From: Octopus bimaculoides
Taxonomy: Eukaryota
DNA length: 64,000 bases
Reading direction: 5' to 3'
Assembly: GCF_001194135.2 (NCBI RefSeq)
Contig: NC_068999.1
Location: 12,557,861 to 12,621,860, forward strand
Shown here: piece after piece, positions 12,513 through 26,300 of the stretch
Position numbering within the stretch: position 1 is the stretch's first letter
Layout of the letters: every line of letters starts with the position of its first letter
Position numbers and translations under genes: made by a program
Notes under the pieces: generated by a model
The model's database searches: none
Told to the model about the DNA's origin: nothing
What the model saw: the letters and a program-made list of their open reading frames with translations, nothing else

Positions 12513-13106
12513 ACCCAGAATGACTGTTTGGCATCAGGCAGTGAATGTTGAGTTGCGAAAGTGTATAGGTGTTATATTAATACAAGTCCTTTCCTGGGAA
12601 TTATTTATCGACCTTAATAACCGATGTTTAACGAAGACTACATCGGTTATTAAATATTGGATCATTGCGTAAAGAAATAAGGCTAGTTTTACAGAATTTT
12701 TAGAAACCTAGGAGGTTTAGACGAAAATATATGTAATGAATTTTATTTATACAGTACTTGAAAACTACCTATATTAACCACGAGATGTTATATCAGCTTC
12801 AAGTGGATTGCGATTTACATATATTTAAGGACTTATTAAATATCACAGAATTTTTATTTATCAGCCTAACTACATATTCTTCCGCTTACGAAACTCTACT
12901 TTTATTGTTATTGCTTCTAATATTCATTGTTTTAAAAAATAGACTGACATAACTCTTCCGGTTTGGAGATGTGATTAATAACTTCTCCATATTCTACGTA
13001 AATTGAATCCCAAACTGTAACGAATATAATATAAATAAAATCAAAGAATAATCATTTCGTACACATTACGTTACATAGCAAAAAAAAAAAAAATCATCTG
13101 TATTAA

Positions 13107-13260
13107 TGTGGCGAGCTGCCAGAGTTGTTATATTGCGCCATTTTGTCCGTGTTTACGTTCTGCGCCCAAATTCCTTTGCGTTTCATCCATCCCGGTTTCT
13201 TAAAATAAATACAATATGAACATTGGTGCCCGTGCAATCGACTTACCCGCTATCCATACT
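13107..13260 (+). mobile_element. SINE family B, decayed
   Basis: gtggcgagctgccagagttgtta...tttacgttctgcgcccaaattcc...tttcatcc...gcaatcgactta. Confidence 0.65.
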
Positions 13261-13310
13261 TGCTACCCTTCTGTTAAATATTTGAAATCAAAAATGTCAT
13301 CAGGATTAAT

Positions 13311-13500
13311 GCAGCTAGCTGGCAGTATCGCTGGCACACTGCTAAGCATTTTGTACGTTTGTGCGTTCTAAGTTCAAGTTCCTCCGACATAAACCTTAGC
13401 TTACATCCTTTGCAGGTCGGAAAAATAAATACTACTTCAGTAACAGGTCGATGTAATCGACTACCGTCTTCCCAAATTTGCTGGCTTTGTGCAAACAATT
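13311..13500 (+). mobile_element. SINE family B, second copy in tandem
   Basis: gcagctagctggcagtatcg...gttctaagttcaagttcc...catcctttgcaggtcgg...ggtcgatgtaatcgact...cccaaatttgctggctttgtgc. Confidence 0.7.
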
Positions 13501-13544
13501 TTAAATCTGATTTATCACATTTTCCTTTATACAAGGTAGCATAA

Positions 13545-14215
13545 CAAATTTGGGAGACTAGTTATGCAGCACGTTAACTGATAGCAGCACCCAGTTGCGT
13601 GTGAAGGGACAGATGGCAGTAACCTTCATGAGGTTGCATGCTGTGTTTACTTCGCAAGTTGCGAAATTTGTATTCCGTGATCACATGTATGCCGTAGTCT
13701 GTGGCGATGATGCAAAGGGTCGTACGCAATGTTTTGAGTGGCACGAGCGTTTCAAAAGTGATAGAAAGTTTCTGGAAGATGATGATCGATCTGGAAGACT
13801 TGTCTCGTGTGTCACTCCTGGAAGTGTGGTATTCTGCATTGAAAAGTTTCCCCCCAGAGTTTGACTGTAAATCGAGAGGTCTAATCTAATTTGAAGCGTT
13901 TGATGGAGGATATTCAGTGAACACGACCGGATCTGTAGCAGTCGAAAAATACGATTATTCATGACGATGATGCATCCAGCACCGTACTTTCTTCACTTGT
14001 GTGTTTCTCGCCAAAACGAAATGATATCGCTCCGCACACGCCCTCTTCCCCGTATCGATCGCCTACGGACGGCCACCTCTTCCCAAGATGAAAGGGAAGA
14101 TCAAAAGTCAATATTTTATCACCGAGCGCGTCTCACAGAATGTCCAAAGCGTCTTGCCCCTCAAATCGTTTACGGTAAACGACTTACAGACCACATTCCA
14201 AAAACTAGAATGAAC
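13545..14215 (+). mobile_element. Deleted mariner element (family B)
   Basis: CGDDAKGRTQCFEWHERFKSDRKFLEDDDRSGR (HTH/linker) and IIHDDDA-like catalytic remnant; the 5' region shares gtgtttacttcgcaagttgYgaaatttgt with 34349-35190. Confidence 0.8.
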
Positions 14216-14289
14216 TCTGCTAAGTTAAGGCGAAATAGCAACACCAACGCCGGTTGTCAAGTGGAGATTGGAAGCAATGCCACACACAC

Positions 14290-14425
14290 ACAAAAACATA
14301 TATATGATGGACTTCCTTCAGTTTCTGTTTACCAATTCCACTCATAGGAGATCACATCGCAACAAGGTGCCACGAATTAAGTATCCGGAACCATATAGAT
14401 GAGAATCAAGGTTCTTATCACACAG
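14290..14425 (-). mobile_element. SINE family A, 5' part, decayed
   Basis: atgatggacttccttcagtttctgtttaccaattccactca...caaggtgccacg...ccggaaccatat...cttatcacacagc. Confidence 0.65.
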
Positions 14426-15489
14426 CAAAGCAAGTACCCTTTCTACATTAAATTTGAAACTAATAATAAATATATTTTGGGCTGGGTCAAAGTGTGACTA
14501 GTCTTTCATTGCTCAATAAATGTCACTGCGAATACATGTTTCGGTAACGGGGGTAGATCGAATATAGCATGGGCATTCTGAGACATGAGCAAACACTCCG
14601 CGATTGAGAAGCGAGTGAACTTAACCACAAAGCCAAGTTTCGTACTACTTCCAGAATTTAAAATATAATCTGATAGAAAAGTATTGCATAACTCTGCTGT
14701 TACCACTGTATGTCTGGCTGCTGTTTATAAATGTCTGGCGAAATTGGAATCTTTTATTTATTGCAAACAAAATGGCACCAGCGAACTTATGGCTTGTCTT
14801 CTTTGACATGTCTATTCCAATCACTAAAAATAATAATATAAGAACAAATCAAATATCTCTTCCATTGCTTTGACTACGTTTAGGATATAATATTTCAAAC
14901 TGTGTAACCAGATTGTTCTGTATGTATATCGTCTTATCATTTTATGAATACACGGAATACAAGTAATGTAAATAACAAATTTCTATGGATTTAGTAAATG
15001 TTGAAACTGGAAAATCGGCAGGGGTGTGGAAAGTTTTGAAAGCAATAAACTGTTAGCAATTCATATAAAAGTATGTCTGCAAATTTGATATTTTTCATGA
15101 ACTCCAAGGGGTTGGAGGTACCAGTAAGAGGTTGTGACCAGATTGGAAACTAGACAGTAAATACTGAGTCAATTATGATTTCACAAAAGCCGCCTAAAAG
15201 CCGAGTAGTTATTTAAAACTCTGCGTTGGATTACGTCTACCATCGAATTAAAGGATGATTCTAGTAGCATGTTTTCCCATCAATGTGAGAGGTGCAATTC
15301 TAATTTACCACGCATTGGGACTGCGCTATTTGAAAACAAAACATCTTAAACGCACAACAATGCGTGCACAACTAATGAATGAAGATAAATGATTGATAGT
15401 ATGGTGTGGTTTGGTTGAAAGATCAATTTAAGTGTTCAATGTAAGTAAAAACAAATGTTGCAAATAAAGCAATTCTTGTTAACCATTTC

Positions 15490-15880
15490 AAGATATCATA
15501 ACAATATTATACTTCAGTTATAGGATGCGTTTGGTAATCTGCACGAAAGTTTCTACTCGTTCGGTGTTACGTCTTCTGACATTAGATCAGAAGTACACCA
15601 AGCTGATCACATCACGACAAAACCTGCTTTTCTTCTTTTTTTTTTTTAAATTTTAGATAGATCCAACTGGTTTCCTTCAATGTTTCTTAACCCAGTTTTC
15701 GGGGATGCAATATTGGAATTATTTATTGACCATCTTTCAAAAAGCTACACCATCAATGGAGAATTCTGTGGCATCCACGTATCACTTGGTTTCGCTTTCT
15801 TAAAGCTCATCAGCAATACTTTTTTTAATATATTCAACCCACCGTGCCGGTTGTTCAGCTGAAGGCCCCGCACTTTCAAA
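15490..15880 (+). mobile_element. mariner family A internal fragment
   Basis: KVSTRSVLRLLTLDQKYTKLITSRQNL (decayed WVPRLLT motif) and LFIDHLSKSYTINGEF. Confidence 0.75.
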
Positions 15881-16269
15881 TACGTATTAATAAGCAATTA
15901 TAAATTCAAAGTTCAATTAACTTATCATTATCTATAAAAAGATAATGATACAATGGTCAGCAAACGTACTCCAGATGGGCGAAATATATATTAAATGTCA
16001 AGGTACAATGTGCACCTGTTTGTTTCAAAACTCTCCAAAACCAAGCATATCTCACTATAGTTCTACACTTGTATATGTATTTTTACAAAGGGGAAGAGTA
16101 TTTCTTAATATAGTTTGTATATTCTCCGTGCGTGTTTAGATATAGTGAGAGACGCGCGGTTTTGGAGAGTTTTAACTCTCCTTTGAAGCAAACAGGTGCG
16201 TATTGCACCTTGACTTGTAATATATGACAGTGTGTGTCTGTACTTGTGTGTGTGTGTGCGTGCGTGCGT

Positions 16270-16480
16270 GAGTTTGTGCCTTCATCTGTCTCCCACCATT
16301 TCTGCACAACCGGTGTTGGCGTATTTACGTCTCTATATCCCAGCGGTTCACCAATGATATCGATAGAATAAGAAATATGTCCTGGGTCCGATTTACTCGA
16401 CTACAGCCCATCAAGGTGGTAGCCAAGCATGGCTGCTGTTAAATGACTGAAACAAGTAAAAGATAAAAGGATAAAAGGTA
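16270..16480 (+). mobile_element. SINE family A, 3' half
   Basis: cacaaccggtgttggcgtatttacgtc...gatagaataag...tcgactac...agcatggctgctgttaaatgactgaaacaagtaaaagataaaagg. Confidence 0.8.
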
Positions 16481-18511
16481 AATATTCGTAACTTTTCTTC
16501 ATAGGCATACCTGTTGTGTACCTTTCCTTCTACCGTACCTAAGCCTTTTTATTCCAGTTTTACTGCTGTAAATGCAACATTCGATTTCAATTTGAAGGAA
16601 GCTCGGTGTGTATGTCACAAAAGCTGGCATAGCTAATGTCATTTACACCTGTTAAGTGAGCAATGTTCGTACAGCCGACGTCTTGCCTTTTCTACAATCC
16701 TCATGCACGTTAATTTTGACACTATTGTAAACGGTAGCTCAATATCAGGGACAGTGTTCGGTTTCGGCTACGAGTTTTGTTACACATTTGACAAGTTTAA
16801 AGCGAAAATTATCAGGTTCCAGAAAATGGTTTATCTTGATTTAGACAGGAAGAATAAAAGTTTCCACGCTCTTATGGAGAGGTAGTTTATCAAAAGATAC
16901 AGTTTTATTACAGCTGTCCGGTCTATTTTTTGCTAAGTAACATATGTTCGATACATGTCTCTGGTTCTGCTCCTCTGTTCTAACCTACTTTCTTGCCAAG
17001 ATATTGTTTCTTTAATTGATCAATCGTTGTTATTTTCTTACACATTAACACACACAAATATATATATATATATATATATATACAACATTTGTAAGATATT
17101 TCGTGTAGGTTCCGCCAAAAATTAAGCTCTGAAATTATTAACGTTTAATACAATCATATTAAATTACATTTCAGAAATTGATGCGGCTCACTGTTAAAAC
17201 GTATTCAAGGTTGAATAACTGTAAAGGTAATTCACTGCAATGATTAACACTTGAGAGATCTTTACTCAATGGCGTGTATAATGTCAATATGTTATACGAG
17301 ATCGGGGCAATACAAATAATAAACTCGAATCGAATTATTGAACAAAATAGAACACACTGGCTAGTATCAGCCGTCACATATAACATCATATTCGTCTCTT
17401 ATCATCAATGCGTTTTAGATTCTCAGCTCCCCCATCCGCCACGATCACCAAATTAAAAAGGAAGGCAAAAACAATTAATAAAAAAAGATATAATTAAAAG
17501 AAACGGAAAATACATAAAAATGTAAGGAATTGATTTATCTTCATTCACGCTTAGTTTCTTTTGGGTATTTTTCCTATAGCTTCATATTCTTATTTTGATA
17601 TTTTATATTTTACAACATAGACAACCTCTTGTCGGCAAACCAGTTGAGACGAATCGAATCTTGCGTTCGTTCAAATTAACTCTTGAATAGTATTTACACT
17701 TCGCTTAACAATTAAACTCAGTCAATAGCGCAACCAGGAAGCGAATCAGTCAAAAGTAATTGGTTGAGAAATCGCCATTGTGGAGAAAATGATAAGTGGT
17801 TAAAGCAAAGGCAAACAGTAGGAAGACATATAAAAAAAAATGTAATAGAAAAGAAAAATAACAACGGTTGTTTGCAGGTGGGAAAAAAGAAAAAAAATAT
17901 AAATATACAGTTTGCTTATTACTTGCATTTCTAGACAAGACAACAACCCACCTTATGAAAATGAACAAAATAAAAACAAATAAAAAAAACACAAAACTTA
18001 AATGAAAGAAACTAGAGTGAAACAAACAAGAAACAAAAATGGCGGCTAAAATAAATAGAAACACGTAAGAAAAATACAGTCTCACACACTTAAACACAAA
18101 CAAACATATACATGCAGTGTTTAAACAGCAGACACGTACATTGGCTGAAAGACAAACACGAGAGTACAAATCCAAGCTACAGTTATCAAAAGCGGCCTTT
18201 GAACCACAATAGGGTAACTATTATTGAAGAAGAAAGGAAATGAACAAAGTACAAACGAAGCGGAAATTCAACCGTTCTCTGAAGCAAACATTAAATAATG
18301 AACTGAAGATCGATCTGGTGAATGAATCTACTGATTCAGGGTTGTTCGATCTGCTTTATATCAACTCAGAGCGTAAGATTAAACAAACGCTACTACGTTT
18401 CTATTCTTTACTTGTTAGTTTATATCTATGTGAATATATCATGTATAAATATATATATATATGTGCGTGGGTGCATGTGCATTTATATGTATATGTATGT
18501 GTGTGTTTGTT

Positions 18512-18542
<31 letters not shown>

Positions 18543-18833
18543 GGAGAGAGAAATATAGTGACAGAGCTTGAAAGAGATACAGATGTGTTTACCTATATAT
18601 TAGCATGTATAAACATTCACATATATATGGATGCATGTGTGCATATATCTATATGCACATATACAATATTTGTATACATGTGTGTATATATGTATATATG
18701 CGTGTGTCTGTGTATATATATATATATATATAATTTATCTGCTTATATATAAATATGTATGTATGTGAACTTGTATCTGATTCGACCTGTTTATGTATGT
18801 TCTACAGGTATATGTGTGCAGATATCTAGGCGC

Positions 18834-18943
<110 letters not shown>

Positions 18944-19385
18944 CACGGGAATTATATTTTGGTACGGTGCTGTTGCTACTCATACACATTGCATCTAAAG
19001 CATATACACCATTAAAACAAAACTCACAAATACGTTCGCATATTACTTACAGTAGAGGAACACGTTCACACCAAGAGCAAACACAAATGTAAACTCTACC
19101 AGGAATTCATCGCCGCTTTGGGCACAGGCATAAATAGTGTTATTATAACATGAATGAAATATCCCTAGGTTGTCTTTGCATCGTTATATAAACAATATTC
19201 CTCTATTCTTACTGACAGGAATGGTTTTTATGTTCTTCTCATCTCTTTGTATTCATCACATTTCTACTTTTGATTTTAAGTGAATATAAATGCATATGTT
19301 TATAAATATATTTCTACATAGTCACAAAATTTGCTTTGAATATAAATGTAATATTATGCATATCTACATCCATCCGCCCTTACGA

Positions 19386-19441
<56 letters not shown>
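19386..19441. repeat. (TATC)n microsatellite
   Basis: Directly visible. Confidence 0.95.
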
Positions 19442-20021
19442 GTATATTTATCCATCTATCTATGTAACTACCTACCTACCAAAGTATACATGTGTGTATA
19501 TGTATATGTGTATATATATNNNNNNNNNNNNNNNNNNNNNNNNNNNNNNNNNNNNNNNNNNNNNNNNNNNNNNNNNNNNNNNNNNNNNNNNNNNNNNNNN
19601 NNNNNNNNNNNNNNNNNNNNNNNNNNNNNNNNNNNNNNNNNNNNNNNNNNNNNNNNNNNNNNNNNNNNNNNNNNNNNNNNNNNNNNNNNNNNNNNNNNNN
19701 NNNNNNNNNNNNNNNNNNNNNNNNNNNNNNNNNNNNNNNNNNNNNNNNNNNNNNNNNNNNNNNNNNNNNNNNNNNNNNNNNNNNNNNNNNNNNNNNNNNN
19801 NNNNNNNNNNNNNNNNNNNNNNNNNNNNNNNNNNNNNNNNNNNNNNNNNNNNNNNNNNNNNNNNNNNNNNNNNNNNNNNNNNNNNNNNNNNNNNNNNNNN
19901 NNNNNNNNNNNNNNNNNNNNNNNNNNNNNNNNNNNNNNNNNNNNNNNNNNNNNNNNNNNNNNNNNNNNNNNNNNNNNNNNNNNNNNNNNNNNNNNNNNNN
20001 NNNNNNNNNNNNNNNNNNNNN

Positions 20022-20058
<37 letters not shown>

Positions 20059-21017
20059 TACGCACATACACCCCTTATCTGTATATGTGTGCGTGTCTGA
20101 GTTTGAAAAACAACTTTTTTTTTCCTGATTTGTTTGTAAATACTTATTAAATTAACTCCTCCATCTAATTAACCTTCTTTATAATCGGTTTAACAGTTAT
20201 TCATTAAGAGCATCACCCATTAAACCCTGAATAGCTGTAACATCTATTACTCACGTGTTTATTTACTCTCTATGCCGAAGTCAGAGCAATATTCCATGCG
20301 AAACAAGGATACAGAAAGAGAACACGACTGAGAGAAACAGAGAGAGGGGGAGGGAGGGATGTAGTGACGGAGGGAGAAAGTATGAAATAGGGAGAGAGAA
20401 AGAGGAAGACAGTGAGAGAGGTGGGGGTAAATTTGCGGCGGGAGCGTTTGCCACACACACACACACATACACACCCACTCACACGCAATCACACACACAC
20501 ACACACATGCACACACATACACGTTCACGCACACACAGACATACACTCAGATATACACTCACAGACGCACATACATACACACTCACACACCCATACATAT
20601 CAACGTATGCGTGTTATGTGTCTGGAGGTGGATATATGTGTGTGTACGAGTGATGTGTGAATAGATAATTAATTTTTTAATCTATAACTAATTACAAAGT
20701 TAGTGTAAAAATTTGGAAACTATTTTCTTAATTTGCTTTATGTTTTATCAGATAATATTATCTAGTAGACTCTCGGTCTTTCGCTTTTACTCCTTACCTC
20801 TTACTTTCCCCCTCTTTCTTCCTCCGCCTCTCATTTACAGTAGTTCTATGTTTTTCTCTCTCCCAGTTTTGCATACATTGATGAGTATATGTATATGTGC
20901 ATATATATATATTAGCATCTAAATATGGGTGTTTCTTTATGTATGTGAATGCATATGAGTTTGTGTATGTGCATGTTATTATGCATTGTACTTTGTATCT
21001 AATATATTATATATTGT

Positions 21018-21054
<37 letters not shown>

Positions 21055-22894
21055 NNNNNNNNNNNNNNNNNNNNNNNNNNNNNNNNNNNNNNNNNNNNNN
21101 NNNNNNNNNNNNNNNNNNNNNNNNNNNNNNNNNNNNNNNNNNNNNNNNNNNNNNNNNNNNNNNNNNNNNNNNNNNNNNNNNNNNNNNNNNNNNNNNNNNN
21201 NNNNNNNNNNNNNNNNNNNNNNNNNNNNNNNNNNNNNNNNNNNNNNNNNNNNNNNNNNNNNNNNNNNNNNNNNNNNNNNNNNNNNNNNNNNNNNNNNNNN
21301 NNNNNNNNNNNNATATATATATATATATATATGTATATGTGTGTGTGTGTGTGTGTGTGTCTGTGTGTGTATGTGTGTGTGTGTGTGTTTATGTATATAT
21401 CAATATCTATCATTGGAAGCCTCTCTCACTGTACGTGAGTGTTCGGGCATATGTGTGTGTATGTGTGCGTGTTTATGAGAGAGAGAATGAGAGAAAGAGA
21501 GAGCCTGTGTGCGTTTGTGTCTGTGTGTATGCGTGTGTTTTCATATCAATTTTAATAATTAATGACAAATGACCTTATGTTTCCGTTCGATCGCAGTGAA
21601 CGAATATTGATTCATATTCCCACATCACCCTCTTCCCTACATTCCTTTCTTAAAATTCACATCGTTTTGTTTACTTCCTTCTCGCTTTCTTTCATCTCAC
21701 TTTACACTTCAGTAAACCCTTCCAATCTGATCCCTTTTTTCTACTTATTTCCAACTTCCTCACTCTGCTCCCACAAATACTGGACACATCTTTTAAAACC
21801 TAGTGTCAGTTTAAGGTCCATGCGATTGTGGATTGGAAAGAGGTGCGGTTAGATTGTAGCTGTTCCGATGACTTAATCAAGATTTCGTACTCGTTGCTCT
21901 ATGTCATTTTATTGCATGCAATTAAACTGTCAAACGTTCCGAGAACAATTAATATAAGACGATATGCTGCATCATCTTTTGAAAGATCATACCTTCTCTT
22001 TCGGTTATTTATTTATTGTCCATTCCAATGATTTGCCACTTGTAGCCTCGTTAATGTTGCTCTGTCACACTGAGTTATCTATCTGTATAGAATTATTATA
22101 TATCACTCCTGCATGATGTATATATATATATCATTATAAATATACAGGGATTAGCAATTGAGTTGCTTCTCCAACATACTGCAAATTTAGAAATAGCAGT
22201 CAAAGAACTACTGATTCCAAACTACACATTTTTCTCTTAAGTGGATGGCGATATTTATGGCACACATAGAACAAAAAACCGGAGGGAAAAGCGTAAACAA
22301 ACCAAGGATTTTTTCATACTGAACTACTTGGCAAAATTGTTAATTATTAATTCTATTATTAATTGACGATTCTNNNNNNNNNNNNNNNNNNNNNNNNNNN
22401 NNNNNNNNNNNNNNNNNNNNNNNNNNNNNNNNNNNNNNNNNNNNNNNNNNNNNNNNNNNNNNNNNNNNNNNNNNNNNNNNNNNNNNNNNNNNNNNNNNNN
22501 NNNNNNNNNNNNNNNNNNNNNNNNNNNNNNNNNNNNNNNNNNNNNNNNNNNNNNNNNNNNNNNNNNNNNNNNNNNNNNNNNNNNNNNNNNNNNNNNNNNN
22601 NNNNNNNNNNNNNNNNNNNNNNNNNNNNNNNNNNNNNNNNNNNNNNNNNNNNNNNNNNNNNNNNNNNNNNNNNNNNNNNNNNNNNNNNNNNNNNNNNNNN
22701 NNNNNNNNNNNNNNNNNNNNNNNNNNNNNNNNNNNNNNNNNNNNNNNNNNNNNNNNNNNNNNNNNNNNNNNNNNNNNNNNNNNNNNNNNNNNNNNNNNNN
22801 NNNNNNNNNNNNNNNNNNNNNNNNNNNNNNNNNNNNNNNNNNNNNNNNNNNNNNNNNNNNNNNNAAATCTCCTCTAAACAACCTTTGTTATCAA

Positions 22895-23034
22895 TCTCTT
22901 CCTCCCTCTCATCCCCTCCCCCTCCTCTTCCACCTCCTCCTCATCATTGTCACCTTCTTCTTCTTCATCGTCATCGTCATCATTGTTTCTTCTTTTTTCT
23001 CTTCCTCCAACTACTACTAGTACTGCTGCTGCTG

Positions 23035-23089
<55 letters not shown>

Positions 23090-23090
23090 A
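22895..23090. repeat. Compound trinucleotide tract (CCT/CTT/CAT/CTG/CTA)n
   Basis: Directly visible; it generates poly-L and poly-V ORFs. Confidence 0.9.
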
Positions 23091-23778
23091 TTTTCTTTTC
23101 TGTTACAATTTATGAATGTGTAATCAGCGTAGTTATGTTGCAATCCGTAGTCTTAGACACCAGCTTTTATTTTGCTCGCTTCTGTATCAAATTCCTCTTA
23201 TCAAATGTAACGACCTATACATACCAGTCACTCTACTATGTCTACAATCTTCGTGCAACGTACTTACTTTCAAATTGCGATTGACATATCTCAGGCATAA
23301 TCTTAAACACTGTCTCGCAGTTCCAAACGCCTCGGAGATGGCTGGCAGTATCGTAACCCTATTTACTTTATTTTCCATCATTTGAGTGTTACAGTAGATC
23401 CACCCTACTCACTAAGTTTGTTCGATGTGTTTTTCAGTTAAATTTACTGCCACCCGATTACATTCAGGTTTTATACAAATTTCGTTATAATAATCTATTT
23501 CTTGTCCATTTTCTTGATTGTCGTAATACACGGGTATGCCACATCTATATCAAGACAAATTTATTTCTCATGAGTATCGGTTATAATATCTATTGGGTGT
23601 TGTGAAGGTGGAAATCGTGAATTCCACCATTGTCGCTGAGAATGTGCAATCATGGTCTATCTCTGTCTATTCCTTCTTCTTTCAATAGATGTGCATTCAG
23701 TTGTGCTCTTTTAAATCATCCAGCAAGGGTTGACGTATCCTTCATATATTCATTTGGTATTGATTATTTCCTCTAGAA

Positions 23779-24113
23779 CAATGGTTTTCAGCAGGGGGCA
23801 CATATACATTCTGGGCGGGCACATTATACTTTTTGTTGGCCACGGAAACAAAATAATGAATTGAGGACCAACAATAGTATTTTAAGAGTTATGATAACAT
23901 GTTACTCTGGATGTATTTATTACATAAAAACTGCTAGGTTTCTCGGGCGCTTTACACAGTTTCACCTAAACACGTTAATGCATAAAAAAGCAAAGTAGTA
24001 ATTTTGAAGGAATTAACAATAAAAGTAGGTTTCAAACATTGAATAACTATGTGAGTCCACCAGAACAGAATAATAATCACAAGGGTTCATAGGAAAAAAA
24101 GGGTAGAGCACTA
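23779..24113. mobile_element. hAT (Charlie/Buster-like) MITE
   Basis: Left end caatggttttcagcaggggg and right end aagggttcataggaaaaaaagggtagagcacta resemble CAGTGGTTCTCAA..TTGAGAACCACTG ends. Flanks ctctagaa / ctcttcaa (6/8 identical) look like an 8-bp TSD fitting the NTCTAGAN target preference. Confidence 0.6.
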
Positions 24114-26300
24114 CTCTTCAAGGATGTAAGGTAGGAGGTTCTGGACTCGGATGGCCAGCTGAAAATGCTGCAGTTTTCCTTTCCTAATAGTTCCAAAAAT
24201 TTCTTTCAGTTCCCATTATTTCATCTACTGTATCATTTGTTCCATGTTGAGAACAGCTGAAACCAATTTATTTCAGACTTATTAAGAGGAGCAGTGTCAT
24301 TTATTCTTAAAGCCCATACGTAGGACTTCATTGAGATATAATTTTGCTGATATATCCTCCCTTTCATTCTATTTTCGCTGCGGACCTGTTCCTGTACTCT
24401 TTACAAAGCTTTCTTTAATAATATTTTCTTTGTAACCAAAGCTTGGCCCCCTCATCAATTTTCTCCATTGTGCTATGCAAAAATACCGTGATATTTGTTT
24501 TATTTTAATTTATTGACATACAAAACAATGCAACACTAACTTTTATAACGAACTATTTCCAGTAAAGAAAGACGTCTTTTTAGCGTAGCTAGGAACAAAG
24601 GTATAGTGCATGACACCATTTTCCCCTCCGTAGTAGAATGCTTTCTGAGCGAAATGGAGTGACAACTCAAGGAAGAAAATGAGCATGGAATAAATTCCTC
24701 CCCTGGTTACCACGCAAATCAATACTGACTGAACATAATTAGGCCTTTGGTGAAGCAAGCATCCAAAAGTGGTCGGTAAAGAGGGTAAGTGATGTTCTAT
24801 TGATTAATTAATTAATTTATTTATTTTGAAATGTAAGTACTCTACAGAGCGAAAAAAAATCAATCTCGTGTTAATTAAAATCAAGTGAGTCAATAGGTGG
24901 TGTACAAAAACATATACGTCGGAAAGTATCATGTTGTCCAAAGACTGGAAATATTGAATCAAAAGTGAGAGTGCGTAGTGAGTGAATATTATCTATGTGA
25001 CATAAAATACTGACTTGGCATCTAGAGAATTATATGTTACCTTCAGTAAAACTAGCCAGGAGTATTTAATTTTGTTGCCAATTTGTTTTGATGTAGTGTC
25101 TCAATGAAAACTTTGACCTTTGCTCTCTATTTTAAAAGAAAGCATGGCAATATCTTTAGAGTCATGCATTCCAGTATATTTGTTAGTGTCAAATTTTACA
25201 GAAAATTGCGAGCGAAGTGAACTCTTCGTGTCTATAAACGTCCATATTTCCTTGTATATTAGATATGAGATTTAAAATAATAACTAAACGCTTGGGCATG
25301 AAAAAAGAAAGCATATTTTCGTACCTTACATACACTTATCTTCGATGCATTTCCTAGATACATTTGCTCTATACTCTATTGTTTTTATGAAGTATTTGAC
25401 ATTTAGTGGACAGGTTATTTTGTCGGGAAAAGGCAATCTAATAGTTGATTTAGTTTATTTCTGTTATTATTACTTGTCTTTATCATGTTATTAGATTTTC
25501 GACGTTTTGTATGCATGTATTAGTAAATATTACATTCTTTTATTAAAGAATATTTGATAAATTATGGCTGAGATGAAAGTAGATTTCCATCAGAAGACGC
25601 TGTAGATATATTTGTCANNNNNNNNNNNNNNNNNNNNNNNNNNNNNNNNNNNNNNNNNNNNNNNNNNNNNNNNNNNNNNNNNNNNNNNNNNNNNNNNNNN
25701 NNNNNNNNNNNNNNNNNATTATTCTTATGTTTATGATAGATTAATATATCAAAGATTAGCTTATGCTAAAGGGTTAAAATTGGATTGAACCGGATGACCT
25801 GTATTTACCTGATCTTAATATATTTTATATTTCAATATAATTTTATGTTTTCTTTCAAGAATATGTTTTCAGTATGTCGTATTCTAATGTGGAGAAAGCT
25901 TTGACTGTTTTGGTTTATATGTTAGATATTCTACTGTTAATATTTCTGTCAAAATGTTTTATTGTTCTGTTTGGATGATGGTGTGTGCTTTAAAACTTGT
26001 AAAGAATGCCATCACCCTCGCCCTCACAGATCAATGGCTGCATCGATGTTATTACTGTAGCTTCCACTTGTAAAATTATAAACATTATATCACTCAAATT
26101 TCAAATGTAGTAAACTTTATGAGACCATATCAACCTCTTCCTTCTGCTACGACAACTAGTCTAAGTATAACTAGTCTAAGTATATAGATATAAAATATTT
26201 ATGCGTATCTACAGTGGTATAATGCTCTCAGCGTCATAAGCAAATTCATTTCACAAAATTTGTGCGAATATAATAAACATAGAAGGATGTGTCACTCAGT

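Noticed and set aside
14530-14560. Minus-strand GAAACATGTA, hammerhead-like half
   Set aside because: No stem II or core upstream.
26153-26185. 15-bp tandem duplication aactagtctaagtat (similar small ones near 6445, 49490 and 57250)
   Set aside because: Ordinary slippage duplications; no array or spacer structure, so not CRISPR-like.
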